Positions 1-11,421 of a stretch of DNA of 32,594 nt are shown piece after piece; positions within the stretch are counted from its first letter, which is position 1; every line of letters begins with the position of its first letter. A program made the translations under genes and the position numbers. Under the pieces are notes generated by a model. That model saw only the letters and a list, made by a program, of their open reading frames with translations. It ran no database searches and was not told the DNA's origin. The stretch lies in assembly GCF_001194135.2 (NCBI RefSeq), contig NC_068983.1, positions 71,450,980-71,483,573 on the forward strand, read 5' to 3'. Source of the DNA: Octopus bimaculoides (Eukaryota).

Positions 1-11
1 ATATATACATT

Positions 12-15
<4 letters not shown>

Positions 16-53
<38 letters not shown>
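16..53. repeat. (AAT)n microsatellite
   Basis: Pure AAT run at the window start. Confidence 0.95.
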
Positions 54-440
54 GGGATAAAAATCGAAAATTACAGGTAAAAACTCAATTAAAATCAATT
101 TATTAAAAATTAAAATTAAATTAAGTTTCACAGTATAAAATATATATATAAAACTATATATATATGTGTGTGTGTGTGTAAGTATGTATAGTTCTTTACG
201 TTATATTTTAATTAATTCCTTAATTCCTTATGTATAGCTTAACCCAATTTTCACTTATCTATTTTTAGTATCTCAACACCCCTTTATTTACTTATACGTA
301 TCTCATTTTATTTATACCTTATTTCGTTCATTTTATTTGATGTTATTTATCCATTTATTCTTTTATTTATTTATATAATTGTTTATGCACTACAGAGTTA
401 TACTTTACTTCGTAATGTTATATTTACCATCATCATTATA

Positions 441-751
441 CAGTAATCCCTCGAATATCGCGGCTGTTACTTTCCAAATAGATGAAAATCCGCGAAGTAG
501 AAGCAGTACTCAAAAGTATATTTTGCTTTATTATTTTTATAATATGTATATATTTATTTTATTATGAATGCAAAACAACACCACGGAGCAATCGACGTAA
601 GCTTAAATAGTAAACCGCGATAGGTGAATCGTGATAGGTGAACCACGATAGGTGAACCACGATAGGTGAACCACGATAGGTGAACCGCGATAGGTGAATC
701 GTGATAGGCGAACCACGATAGGTGAACCGCAGATATGGTGAGGGATCACTG
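441..751. mobile_element. pogo/Tigger-type (Tc1/mariner superfamily) MITE, 311 bp
   Basis: Left end TA|CAGTAATCCCTCGAATATCGCGG. The right end, reverse-complemented, reads TA|CAGTGATCCCTCACCATATCTGCGG. TA flanks both sides (439-440, 752-753). No coding capacity. Confidence 0.75.
615..730. repeat. 14-bp minisatellite (CCRCGATAGGTGAA), 8.3 copies, inside the MITE right subterminus
   Basis: Units start with ccgc, tcgt, ccac, ccac, ccac, ccgc, tcgt, ccac, each followed by gataggtgaa (one gataggcgaa), then a partial ccgc. Confidence 0.95.
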
Positions 752-789
752 TATAACATTTTTTTAAACAGGTGACTGTTTGTGTGGGC

Positions 790-969
790 GTGCAGGGCTA
801 CATACATATATGTATATACTTGCGAGTATTTGAGCTTTATATATACCAATGCATGTATATATACTAAACACATGTGAATATATACATCATGGAAAATACA
901 CATGAAAATCGCATATATATGTGTATGTATATACTTACGTAATATATACACGCTCACACATACACACAT

Positions 970-1013
<44 letters not shown>

Positions 1014-1130
1014 GCACAGAGAGAGAGAGATACACACACACACTCACGTGTACTCGTGCCGTTATAATCGTGTGCGTATGTGTATACCTAACGACTTGTA
1101 TAGGTGTATACAGGTATATGTTTATTGTAC

Positions 1131-1161
<31 letters not shown>

Positions 1162-1420
1162 TGTGTGTATATAAGAGCATATATGTGCATATACGTATGA
1201 ATGCATGCATCTATGCACGTATGTGCATGCGCATTATTTATTTATTTACACGTACTTGTGCATATGTACACATCAATATTCATGTATTATATGTTTGCAT
1301 AAATATATGTATACTTTACGTATATACATGTATGTATGTATGTAAGTGTGTGTAGAAGCACATGTGTATATATGTGTGTGTATATGCATATATATACACA
1401 CATTTATATGTAGATATATA

Positions 1421-1495
<75 letters not shown>

Positions 1496-2240
1496 ATGCA
1501 TATGCATATATATATATATATGTATATATGTATGCGTTAGAGTTGGTATGCATTCACATAAAAAAATGTATGTGTGTCTTTATATATATACATGTATGTG
1601 CGTATATATATATATATGCGTGTACATATGCACACGCATATATATGTGTGTGTGCATTTGCGTGTGTACACTATTTACATATCATAATTATGAATTTATT
1701 GTGCAGCCATTTATTTACCATGCCCCTGCCACAGTAAATATAGATACAACTAACAACACCGTCCGCTTTTCAGATACCCGACTGAAGGTATGTGCGTTTG
1801 TGTGCGCGGATATTCGTGCAACCTCGTCTCGTCAATATTCGTCAGAACACATTGGACGTTCTTCCTATTCTTTTGTATTGTAATTTTTATTTTCCCCCTG
1901 CTTATATGACCCTTGTATATTTGTACATTTGTATATATGAGTTCACGTGTAGTGAGGATACACGTGTATTAATTTTCTGTATATCTTTGCGTGTGTATTT
2001 ATGCGTGTGTGTGTACATGTATAAATATGCATGATGTGTATGAGAGTATATATGTAGGCATGTGTGTATAGGTATATATTTACGTTTGTGCGCCTATGTA
2101 TGTATAAACTTGGTTCTTGTACTTTATATTTATAAAATACACATCTATAAAACACATAAAGATATATGTTTTCATTTGTGTGAATTCATGAACATGTGTG
2201 TATAAGTGTAAATATATGTATTCCTATGTGCATATATTCA
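790..2240. repeat. Compound (TA)/(TG)/(CA)/(ATGT) microsatellite field
   Basis: Interleaved dinucleotide tracts, including pure (TA)n at about 980-1011 and 1426-1481. All ORFs here are YI/VC/HT repeats. Confidence 0.95.
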
Positions 2241-2441
2241 AGTTCATACTGAATTTATATTTGCCGGCATTCTCATTTGAGTGCGTAATTATGCATATAT
2301 TTTAAAATTTTCCTTATATGTCTTTTTATTTAATTATTGAACAGCTTAACAGGCAAACCATCTGAAGAATATGCCTAATCCACGCTACATTGTAATTGCT
2401 TTTATAATTTGTTCCTGAACAATTCGGGGAAATATCATTAC

Positions 2442-2539
2442 CACCGGTATATAAATTTGTGAACCCCCCCCTCGATCTGAAACCAATTTGCTGAGTACCA
2501 AGGCACGAAATTCTTAATCCTTGAGTCACTTTGTAACTT
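2442..2539 (-). CDS. Candidate internal exon (98 nt) of an unknown gene
   Basis: Minus strand: T-rich tract + aatatttggcAG, then KLQSDSRIKNFVPWYSANWFQIEGGVHKFIYR, then TG|GTAATG donor. A second frame is also open. No homology recognised. Confidence 0.2.
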
Positions 2540-3398
2540 CTGCCAAATATTAAAAAAAAAAAATGAAACGTATATTTACTCATCTTTTGAGTTCTATTTT
2601 TCTGTTTGCAATATTAAACTTATATATGATTTGTAAATAAAAAGATAACGTTCAATATAAGTAGAAGAAATAGACACCTGTATCTTTGTTTAACAACGAT
2701 ATGAACATAATAGGCGAACATAACACTTATTACTACTAGTAGTTAGACTATCAGAACCATGACCAATGCAACCACATGTATTGTTGCTACTGCTATTAGC
2801 CAATGAGCAACTCTCTCAGCTGCTGCTGCCGTTGCTGGCATTACTTCTAAAAGTCAGTCATACTGTTGCTGTGACTACCACGACCCACCAAGAATCAGCA
2901 CATTCTGAGTTTTATAAGAGAATCATGCGAACTTCCAGAATTGATTTCATGAGAGATTAAGTTGAATAAATTTATTTGAATTTATTTCCTTTTTATTTGA
3001 ACATGACTAAATCATCTCTTAAAGTGACTGAAGCCGGTAGCATATTCTGATAAAAAAAGAAAATATTTTCATTCCTTTAAGTTCTCAATGCATTACTTCT
3101 TTTTGGAGTGTGGGGGTTATGTGTATGTGAGAGAAAGAGAGAGTGCGTGCGTGTGCGTGTGTGCGTGTGTACGGGCGCGTGTGTGTGTGCTTATGTGTGT
3201 TTGTGCGCACGCATGTGCGTCTGTGCGTGTGTGTGCGTATGCGTATTTTACTTTCTTTTATTTCTGTCTTTAGAAACAATAAATAGGTGCATACGAAGTG
3301 TATATGCCTGCACATATAAATAGATCTATGTTTATACATTTTATTTCATTATACTATCTCTTTCCTGGTTCTATTATAGCAAGAATATATGTAAGAAT

Positions 3399-3465
<67 letters not shown>

Positions 3466-3490
3466 TGATTGATTGATTGATAGATAGATA
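3399..3490. repeat. (GATA)n/(GATT)n microsatellite
   Basis: Direct reading of the sequence. Confidence 0.95.
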
Positions 3491-4230
3491 TGTACATATA
3501 TAAATAGATACATGTTTGTATATATAAAAATATTTTGTATGTAGGTAAGGCTTTCAATCCAGCATATATTAATATTGACATAATCAGTAAAAATAGCAAG
3601 AATATTTGTAAGAAACATATATGTGAGAAATTATCTCTAAAGCGTGAAACTATTCGTTGCTGTTTTTAAAATTGTGTATATTAAATTATATTTAGCTTTC
3701 ACTGAAAACAGTAATTTTTTTTTTTTTTTTTTTTTTTTGTAATGTTAGTGCCTTCTTAAGCTTTGAATCACTAGGTCTGATAAGATGATTCATAAATCAG
3801 AAACAAAAAAAAAACAAATAAAATCAGTGACAGTTAAAAAATCTGCTTAGAATTAATTACTAGCCTGTATGGTCTGGCTAAGTCAAAATAGTTTTTTGTA
3901 TTCTCCCTTTCTACTTGGAGAGTTTAAATGTAGTTACAAAAATATCTCCTGTTGAAATGAAATTTCAGTAAATTTCTATATCTTTGTGCAGCTGAGGATT
4001 GCTCTGCATTTTACATTTGATGTAATGATCACATTGCTTAAATAAATGGAGTCGCATGAAACGATCGTACTACATTAACTTTGGATATCCTTGTTCCTTA
4101 TTTTGATTTTAATCACCTTATTTTGGAATTGTATGGATAATACCATACTTAATCCTAGTGCTTAAACTTAAGTACCATATTCACCTTGAATCTAAATGTT
4201 ATATATATATATAAATATATATATATATAT

Positions 4231-4368
4231 TATGTTGTGTCTGGGGAGAGTAATTTCCTTTTTGTGCCTTATAATTTAACGCATTCACCGGTAAAATTTC
4301 CACTTATTTCTTTTTTATTTTCCTAAATTTTTCGTTGCGTCTTGCAACCTTTTCAATAGTCTTGACTG
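4231..4368 (-). mobile_element. Dispersed repeat fragment, probably the terminal repeat of a Penelope-like element
   Basis: Abuts a (TA)n tract (4201-4230) and carries a hammerhead-like motif. The family assignment is inference. Confidence 0.4.
4321..4360 (-). ncRNA. Minimal hammerhead-ribozyme-like motif, U3-A8 variant
   Basis: Minus strand: CUA-UUGAAAA-G-GUUGC-aagac-GCAAC-GAAA-aa-UU-UAG. It has a perfect 5-bp stem II, GAAA, and a possible 3-bp stem I. Confidence 0.35.
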
Positions 4369-4570
4369 TCGGTTATTTACACTGCGTTCCTTTTTGTTTG
4401 TTTGTGCGCATGTGTGGGGGGTCAGTGTGTGTGTGTGTGTGTGTGCGCCTATGCATGCATGTATGTATGTATGTGTGTGTGCGCGTGTGTTTTTATATGT
4501 ATGCGCATCTGTCTCCTTGTGTGTGCATGTCTGTTTGAGTATGTGTGTGTGTATCTATGTGTGTGTGCGA

Positions 4571-4580
4571 NNNNNNNNNN
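4571..4580. other. Assembly gap (N10)
   Basis: Run of Ns. Confidence 0.99.
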
Positions 4581-4986
4581 CAACTTTCTAGGCTCTTCTC
4601 ACAGCTATCCCGCGTTCAAAAATTATACGGGCATTTTTTTTAATTTTCAGTCAATAAGTAATGTTTTTACGTTACGTATACATTAGTCGAGAATTAAAAC
4701 TTAAAAGAAAAAGTGAAAGACTTTGCAAATGAAAATGGAATACTCCGCAGTGAATGCAATCAATATTTGTGATAAATTGGACGCAGTGAATATTTAAATC
4801 AGTGAGAAACTGGAGTTTAAAAAATAGAATAGACTTGAGAAATCGAAATTATAGGAAATTTCTTGGAACATGAATTTATAAGAATATTTCCTGACGGTCA
4901 ACCCTTTAATAATTGCTTTCTTTTAGTACTTTTAGTAATTGTTATATACATAATTAATAAGCAGCTTTCTCCATTATAGACAAAGA

Positions 4987-5005
4987 GACAGACAGACAGA
5001 CAGAC

Positions 5006-5050
<45 letters not shown>
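4987..5050. repeat. (GACA)n-(GATA)n microsatellite
   Basis: Direct reading of the sequence. Confidence 0.95.
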
Positions 5051-5051
<1 letters not shown>

Positions 5052-5186
5052 AGATAGTTATGGCCGGTTAATAAGGTTACCCAGGGTTTCGCAGCCACTG
5101 GCCATTAAGACGTATGTAAAGACAAGCACTTTATGGACGCGAAACCTTGGGTAACCCTATGAACCGGCCATAACTATCTTTATCTA
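5045..5186. mobile_element. 142-bp fold-back element (MITE-like) with 48-bp inverted arms
   Basis: 5045-5092 matches the reverse complement of 5139-5186 at 45/48 positions, with a 46-nt spacer. Confidence 0.75.
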
Positions 5187-5950
5187 AATACTTTACTGCT
5201 ATATAATTTAGAGTATTCTTCTCTTTCCGATTTATGATTTACTGACGATATATATGTGTGTATATATATATGCATGTATGTATGTATGTATTTACGTATG
5301 TATGTATGTATGTATGTATGTATGTATGTATGTATGTATGTACACTCAATCCAAAAGTATTAAGCTGCACACATATACACATTGCCGGCATATTTAGATT
5401 TCACAAGTAACTACTAAGAAATGAATCCAAAGACAGATAAAAATAATCGGAAAATTTCGACTACAAGCCTTGTGTATCGTGAGACAGGTAAGACTTCTAA
5501 ACAACATGTTCTTGCCTGCGGAGATATATATCAAAAGAAAGACGACGATCTTGTTTATTTACTCACCATACTCGAAAAAGGTGGTTATATGTGTTTTGTT
5601 GTATATTTCAGAAAGATTCCTCGTCTGTCTGTCCATCTAACTAACTGTTAGATGGAAAAACAAACATGACATCAGAGACATTGTGTGAGAATGTGGGAGC
5701 AATAAAGAGAAGATAAAGACAGAATGCGAAATACAAATTGACAGATAGTAAGAGATAGTAAATAGGTAGAAAAGCGACAGAGAGAAATAAAAAGAGAGAC
5801 ATTGTTTTTTCTGTTATCTTTTACATATATTTTGTCATTTGTACTCAACTTTCATTCTTTCCATTTTTGTCTTTCCTTTTCTAACTTTGTCTAATTCCCC
5901 CACTCTCCCATCTCTCCATATCTCTCTCTTTCGTCCCTCTCTCTTTCTCT

Positions 5951-5996
<46 letters not shown>

Positions 5997-6021
5997 ATTT
6001 ATCTATCTACTTAGCTGTACA

Positions 6022-6037
6022 CGATCCCTATTGATCG

Positions 6038-6068
<31 letters not shown>

Positions 6069-6121
6069 GATCCCTTTTGATCGAACTACCCCCTTTTCCT
6101 TCCTACGATCCCTTTTGATCG
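6022..6121. repeat. Three copies of the GATCCCTWTTGATCG mini-hairpin separated by poly-T/C tracts
   Basis: Copies at about 6022, 6069 and 6106. Confidence 0.8.
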
Positions 6122-6544
6122 CCCCCCCCCCTTTTTTTTTCTTCCTCCTCCCAAAAAGAAAAGCTCTACATTGTATTTGTCCCATCTTCGTTGAGCCCTG
6201 TGTGGCTAATAAAAGAAATGTATCTTGCTATATATATATATCGCATTCTCTCTCTGCTTTGCCTCCTGCCTTTCTCTTTCCCGCTCACTTTTTTCTCTCT
6301 CTCTCTCCTCTCACATTTCTTCTTGTTCTTTGTTCTTCTCTTAATCCTTCTCTCACTCTCTCACTCTCCCCCTTCTCACTTTTTTCCTTGTTTCAAGACT
6401 TGGTTGCTTTCATCAGTCACTCACATCACTAAGCTACGTGATCTACTTCACTCTTTGAATCGCTCAGCTATTATATTACTTGACACTGCCAGTTTCCCTT
6501 GAACATTTCCTTCCCAATGACTTTGGTGAATTTTCCTCACTGTA

Positions 6545-6746
6545 TCAGGGGATGCTGAAAAGTTCCTGGCTTTGGGAACAAAATACAGGAGGATCAGTTA
6601 ATTATAATTTTATTCCCCTTTCAGATTCACACATTTACTGCAGTCCTTCAGTTTTCCTAAGCCGTGTAAATGAACTCGGAAGGTTGGGTCTCCAACCAGG
6701 CCTTTCGAGATACCCTTAAGGCCAGTAACTTTTCAGTACGCCCTCG
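6545..6746 (-). mobile_element. mariner-derived MITE (about 202 bp)
   Basis: About 29-bp TIRs (TA|TCAGGGGATGCTGAAAAGTTCCTGGCTTT versus the right end reverse-complemented, TA|CGAGGGCGTACTGAAAAGTTACTGGCCTT). An internal minus-strand KLKDCSKCVNLKGE* resembles the mariner transposase C-terminus (typical pattern W.KC...G.Y.E*). Confidence 0.8.
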
Positions 6747-7250
6747 TATATTCTTCTTTCGCTTTTTCTTATGTTCTTTTTCACACCTTAAAGCTGAAAA
6801 TTTTCTTAATACCCACGAAGACCAGGTTACAAGCGCAATCTTTGCGCGTTTAAAGTCCAAAGACTTTAAATTCTATCGTTGTGCCAATGATTTAGGGAAT
6901 ATCACTGAGGTGATGGACAAATAAGTACAAAAACTGATGACCCACAACGTAAATGTAGGCAGGGAAAAAAAGCAATTAATGCGTTCGTGCAGCTATCATA
7001 TGTGTGCGTGTGCATGTATATATACACAAATATACGTAAGTAAAAGCACACAATCGTATGCATGAATACGTTACATAGGTGTGTATATATATATATATAT
7101 ATATAACGTGAGAGAGTTAGGGGTTGGGGGTTCAACCCACTATCCAGTATACTGCTGGGAGGGTACCCAATTATTGCTACACTAGTGCTATACTAGGTGC
7201 AATCAATGGGAGCGGGTAAAAGTGGAGGTTTTACCCAAAATTTGTGTAAC

Positions 7251-7310
<60 letters not shown>

Positions 7311-7499
7311 TCGAACGCCATGCATCCTTTTCCAAATAAGATTTATGTTAATAATTATGATGCGCACTTTTCTCCTATCTCTTCTCTGTCTATCTATCTC
7401 CCTCTCTTGTTCTTCTTCCATTCTGGTTTTCTCCCCCCCCCTTTCCCCATTCTTCTCCTCTCCCCTTCACCGCTCCCCCTCTCTCTCTCTCACTCTTTA

Positions 7500-7752
7500 T
7501 CCTTGACTCTCTCGTCGCTGGCACGTGACAAAAGGCGATCTATTTGCTTTGCGGGAAGGACTNNNNNNNNNNTTTCAACGAAGTCACGTATTGTCCTTAC
7601 TTTCGAAACGCGGAGTAGATGAAACAGGGACAACTGATGAAGGGGAATGTTCTTTGTGCTGCATGTCTCGTTTCTCTCTTCTTTTTTTTTTTCGTTGTTC
7701 GAAAAAAGGTTCGTTTTCTATCTTTTTGTTTTAATGTTTTCGTTTTCTTATT
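7500..7752. mobile_element. Penelope-like terminal-repeat (pseudo-LTR)-type segment
   Basis: Directly joined to the PLE RT fragment. Shares GAAACG...CTGATGAAG..GAATGTTCT with 12308-12555. Interrupted by an N10 gap at 7563-7572. Confidence 0.45.
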
Positions 7753-7940
7753 GTGAGGAGAAAGAGCCGAGGCACGGTTCACAGATCGTACCCTGGCAAG
7801 AGCGGTGTGGATAATGACGAGGGTATATCCACGTAGCATGAAGTGGCGAGCTATGAGTTGAGACTCAAAGTCACGGTTGTCACTGCAGAGCCATCGCGTA
7901 GACGGAGGAATCGGGAGTAGAGGATGGAGAACTTGGTGTG
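7753..7940 (-). mobile_element. Decayed Penelope-like element: RT C-terminal (thumb/linker) fragment
   Basis: With one frameshift it reads HTKFSILYSRFLRLR/LCSDNRDFESQLIARHFMLRGYTLVIIHTALARVRSVNRASALSP. This matches the PLE motif SIPYSQ.LR.RR.CS....F..........F..RGY. Confidence 0.8.
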
Positions 7941-10599
7941 AGTATACACTCACATACACACACACACCTACAGGTGGTAGTCTTTCAACCGTGACACCAA
8001 CACTCACCGACAAAGTAATGCAAAAGATATGAAGGGAAACACTCATATTTCACATTGTAGCAGACAAAGGACAAAGGACAGTGTCTCTCTCTTCAACGAA
8101 ATTTAGAATCAAAAAGTCAGACTAGAAGAATTGTGGAATGAAACAGCAGTGGATGCGGCAGCGAGTAGAGACATAGTGGGAGAGGGAAGGAAAGAGAAGA
8201 GCAGGTGTGGAGGAGAACAGGTGAAGTGTCAAGAAAAGGACAGAAAGGAACATGAAGGCCACAGGAATGGAACAATCTGGGATTGGCTTGTAGTTGTGGT
8301 GGTAGTATGTAGAAGAATGTGAGCGAGAGAGACAGAAAGAAAGAAAACAGCAAGTGTGAAAGAGAGCACTTAAAGAGCCAACAGAGAAACAGAAGGAACA
8401 TAGAGAGAGAAAAAGTATTTATAAGTCGAATGGGGAACAAGATAGAAATATTAATACAGCCGGATGTTTATTACTACTTGGTGTTTGTATGGCGTATATG
8501 TGCGTAAAAAGAGTGAGGTGGAATAGAAAAAAATGTTGTGAAGTGCTTTTATCAGTTGTGTACTAGATGCAAGGAAATTCTCAACGGTGAAACTTTTCTT
8601 TGTGGGTGCGCTGCTTATAGAGTTATCATAAGTGGAGAGTGTGGGTAAGATGGCTCAAAATATGCCGTCATAATGGAAAAAAATGATCGACTGTAATTTA
8701 GAAATTGAAATACCTTCCAGACTGTGCAATGAATTATTTTCTAAACTTGGATTAGCATTTAAAAAAAAAATCTCACTTCGAGTACAAATGTTCAATCTAA
8801 CTAAAAATCAAGTCTATAGTATCTTGAATCGGCACTTTATTTATTTTTTATGAATATTACAGTATCATTACATTATTTGACTGCATTAGACAGTATTATA
8901 AAGTATACTTTTTCACAACTACCTTACATATAATCAATTAGTGTCGTTATTAGTCAGTAATTAATTAATTTTCGAAATATCGATAAACTAAATAATTAAG
9001 TCTTTAATTCGTTCTGATTATCAAAATCCCTATGTTAATTTAATTTATATTTCATTCATGCATTGGGTGAATATCGTTAAAACTAGATATCTTGCAGATA
9101 ACGACGATTAGGTCTACTATGCGTGTGTGTGTGTATGCGTGCGTATGTGTGTGTATGCGGTGCATATGTATATGCGTGTGCCGGTGTCATGGCAACTGTA
9201 CAGTTTCGAATTCTGTAAAGAATTTTACAAGCAAAAATCAAGATAATTTACAACAACAATCATAAAATATTCTTTAACTACATATTTTCCATATTTTCTT
9301 TCTTTCTTTTTTTCGTCATATTTACAGATATGATGTCACACTTACAAAAGAAAATAATCACAAACATCTTAAATATCTTCCATTGTAACTTTGCTAAAAT
9401 ACAATCTTAGATTTTTAGATACACCTTAGTCGCCTAAAACTATAAGAATGCTTACTCATTTGCATCAGAATAGAGAAAAAATATTGTTAAAACAATTAAT
9501 TCTAAAGCAAGTAGTGTAGAAATACATTCTCGTTATCTAGTAGCTCGTTTGTCTATCCTAAAGGATCTCTTTAGTTTCTCTTCTTCCTAATGGGCAATAT
9601 AATATAATGAAAGATATAAACCTAAGACAATAAATAAGTATAGGAATAATATTGTCTGGGCAAACGATATTATGTAATCAATATAGTATCATAATTTACA
9701 AATGATTGCCGATATTACCTAGGAATGGCATACATTATGTATTCATTATGTTCATAGTAGCATGTTATAATATCGTTTTAAATAGATTATAGATAATGTC
9801 TCTTGTGTTTGATTGTACGATATTGTAAATACATGCCCATTATTATTGGAATCTATTAAGAAAGGTTGAAGTGACATATGAGAATAGAACTAAATATTGT
9901 ATGGTATTGAGTTCTGTCTCCTACACTTATTGCTAGAAGTCTGCTTAGATCAACTTATTGATAGGTATAATTGTATAGTTAAGAGATTCTCTTTGCAACT
10001 ATCTACTTTTGGGTCCAATCCTATTGCACAGCACTTCGGTCTAGTGTCTTCTACCATAAACTCGGGTTCATTAACGCTTTGTGTATTTAATTTTGCAGTC
10101 GAAAATTGTGCGACCACCCAAAGTACAGGTTGAATTTCTGTTCTTAGGTGGTGCATTTACTGGAATCCGTTCTGCTCCAAGCATTCGCTCCAGGTGTCAA
10201 ATATTGTAAGCTGTCATCAAAAGAAAAACTCTTTTGATTAAATTGTGAAGACATACTAACTCATAACAATCAAGACACATTGCATCATTTATGTGCCTCT
10301 TCTGTACTGGCATGTTATATACCACATGCCGATGCGCTTGCTCCTCCAAATCCTTTTCCTCCTCTTTTCATCATATCTACTGTGATTCATTTCTATATCT
10401 ATCGTAAACGTTTTGTTAAAATCATTCCGTTGGAATTCCCTCCTACAACGACAAAAATTCAAGCTGAATCACAGCTACAACTATTTCACAAGTCGAGGAA
10501 AATCCACAAACTCCATGCTAATTAATGAAATACATATCTCATCTCCAGCGCGGTAACTATGCGATGATTGTAACAGAAATGATCTTAGGAACCATTGCA

Positions 10600-10650
10600 C
10601 ATTTGAATTAAGTGCCCATTTGAACTAAGTGTCCATTTGAATTAAATGAA
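10600..10650. repeat. 17-bp tandem repeat x3 (CATTTGAATTAAGTGCC)
   Basis: Units at 10600, 10617 and 10634. Confidence 0.85.
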
Positions 10651-11421
10651 TTGTTTAAAGCAACATACCAGTGAAAATATACACCCGAAGAAATGTTGGT
10701 TTTATGCTTACGCATTCGAAATACCAAGTGTCATCATTTATACAATAGTGAATCGCCAACTCTTGTGGTTAATGTTACAGTGTTGACAGTATTTTGCATG
10801 AAGATGATAGTCAAGAACACGATTTATAGCAAGTGTTTGAAGATTGCTGCATTCACTCAAATCTGTCTTTCTGATATTCTATTTAGTTTCAAAGTGATAA
10901 ATTGGCTATCGATAATGTTGATGCCTGTCATTTTCCTCTAACTTCCCATCAAATATTATTATTGATAAATATGGTTGTACAAACGCTTGAGAAAAGGTCT
11001 CGTATGAGATAGAATCAGGCTTGATTCGAATAAATCTATTATCCTAATGCCCTTTATGATGACTAATCATGTCGAGCATACGACAAAACCACAAGACCAG
11101 CGTTGGGTAATCTTTTTAGTGAGAGGGAATACTTGTAAGTTCATTAGAACCTATGGGAATGCATACGTTTTGAAGGAAATAAAGACTATTTACTTTACTA
11201 ATTTATTGGTGTAGTAACATTAAATTACTTTTTCTGTTTTGATCTCAAATCTAAAATTATCGCTTTTATATTTCTTCATCTGACTTTTTATATATTTAGT
11301 TGGTGTTTCCAAATTTGAAAGCAAGTGGTATTTTGTCCTAATCCAATTTTTTAAAAGGACGGTAATGATAAAACACTTTTGATCATTACCAATCATTAAT
11401 TTTATCATACACTGGTGCTTA

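Noticed and set aside
615-730. CRISPR-like or iteron-like appearance of the repeat array
   Set aside because: There are no unique spacers and no cas genes, and the context is eukaryotic. The array is explained by the enclosing MITE.
562-2155. Many 60-218 aa ORFs, including a 218-aa minus-strand ORF
   Set aside because: They are translations of dinucleotide tracts and the 14-bp array (YIYI, CVCV, HTHT), with no codon or domain evidence. The same applies to ORFs at 3085-3618, 4335-4686, 5839-6502, 7203-7506, 17658-18991 and 28799-28993.
2766-2960. GC-richer region with a Leu-rich ORF
   Set aside because: It is a degenerate trinucleotide (GCT/ACT) low-complexity tract with no consistent splice sites or frame.
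5421-5651. Strong donors on both strands (ACAG|GTAAGA on +, TATG|GTGAGT on -)
   Set aside because: The best minus-strand acceptor gives stops in all three frames, and neither reading can be linked to other exons.
7110-7195. G-rich, telomere-like or G-quadruplex-like stretch
   Set aside because: Only one TTAGGG-like word is present, and the G-tracts are separated by a long loop.
11098-11140. Possible hAT-like terminal sequence (CAGCGTTGGGTAATCTTTTT)
   Set aside because: No partner TIR or 8-bp TSD was found.
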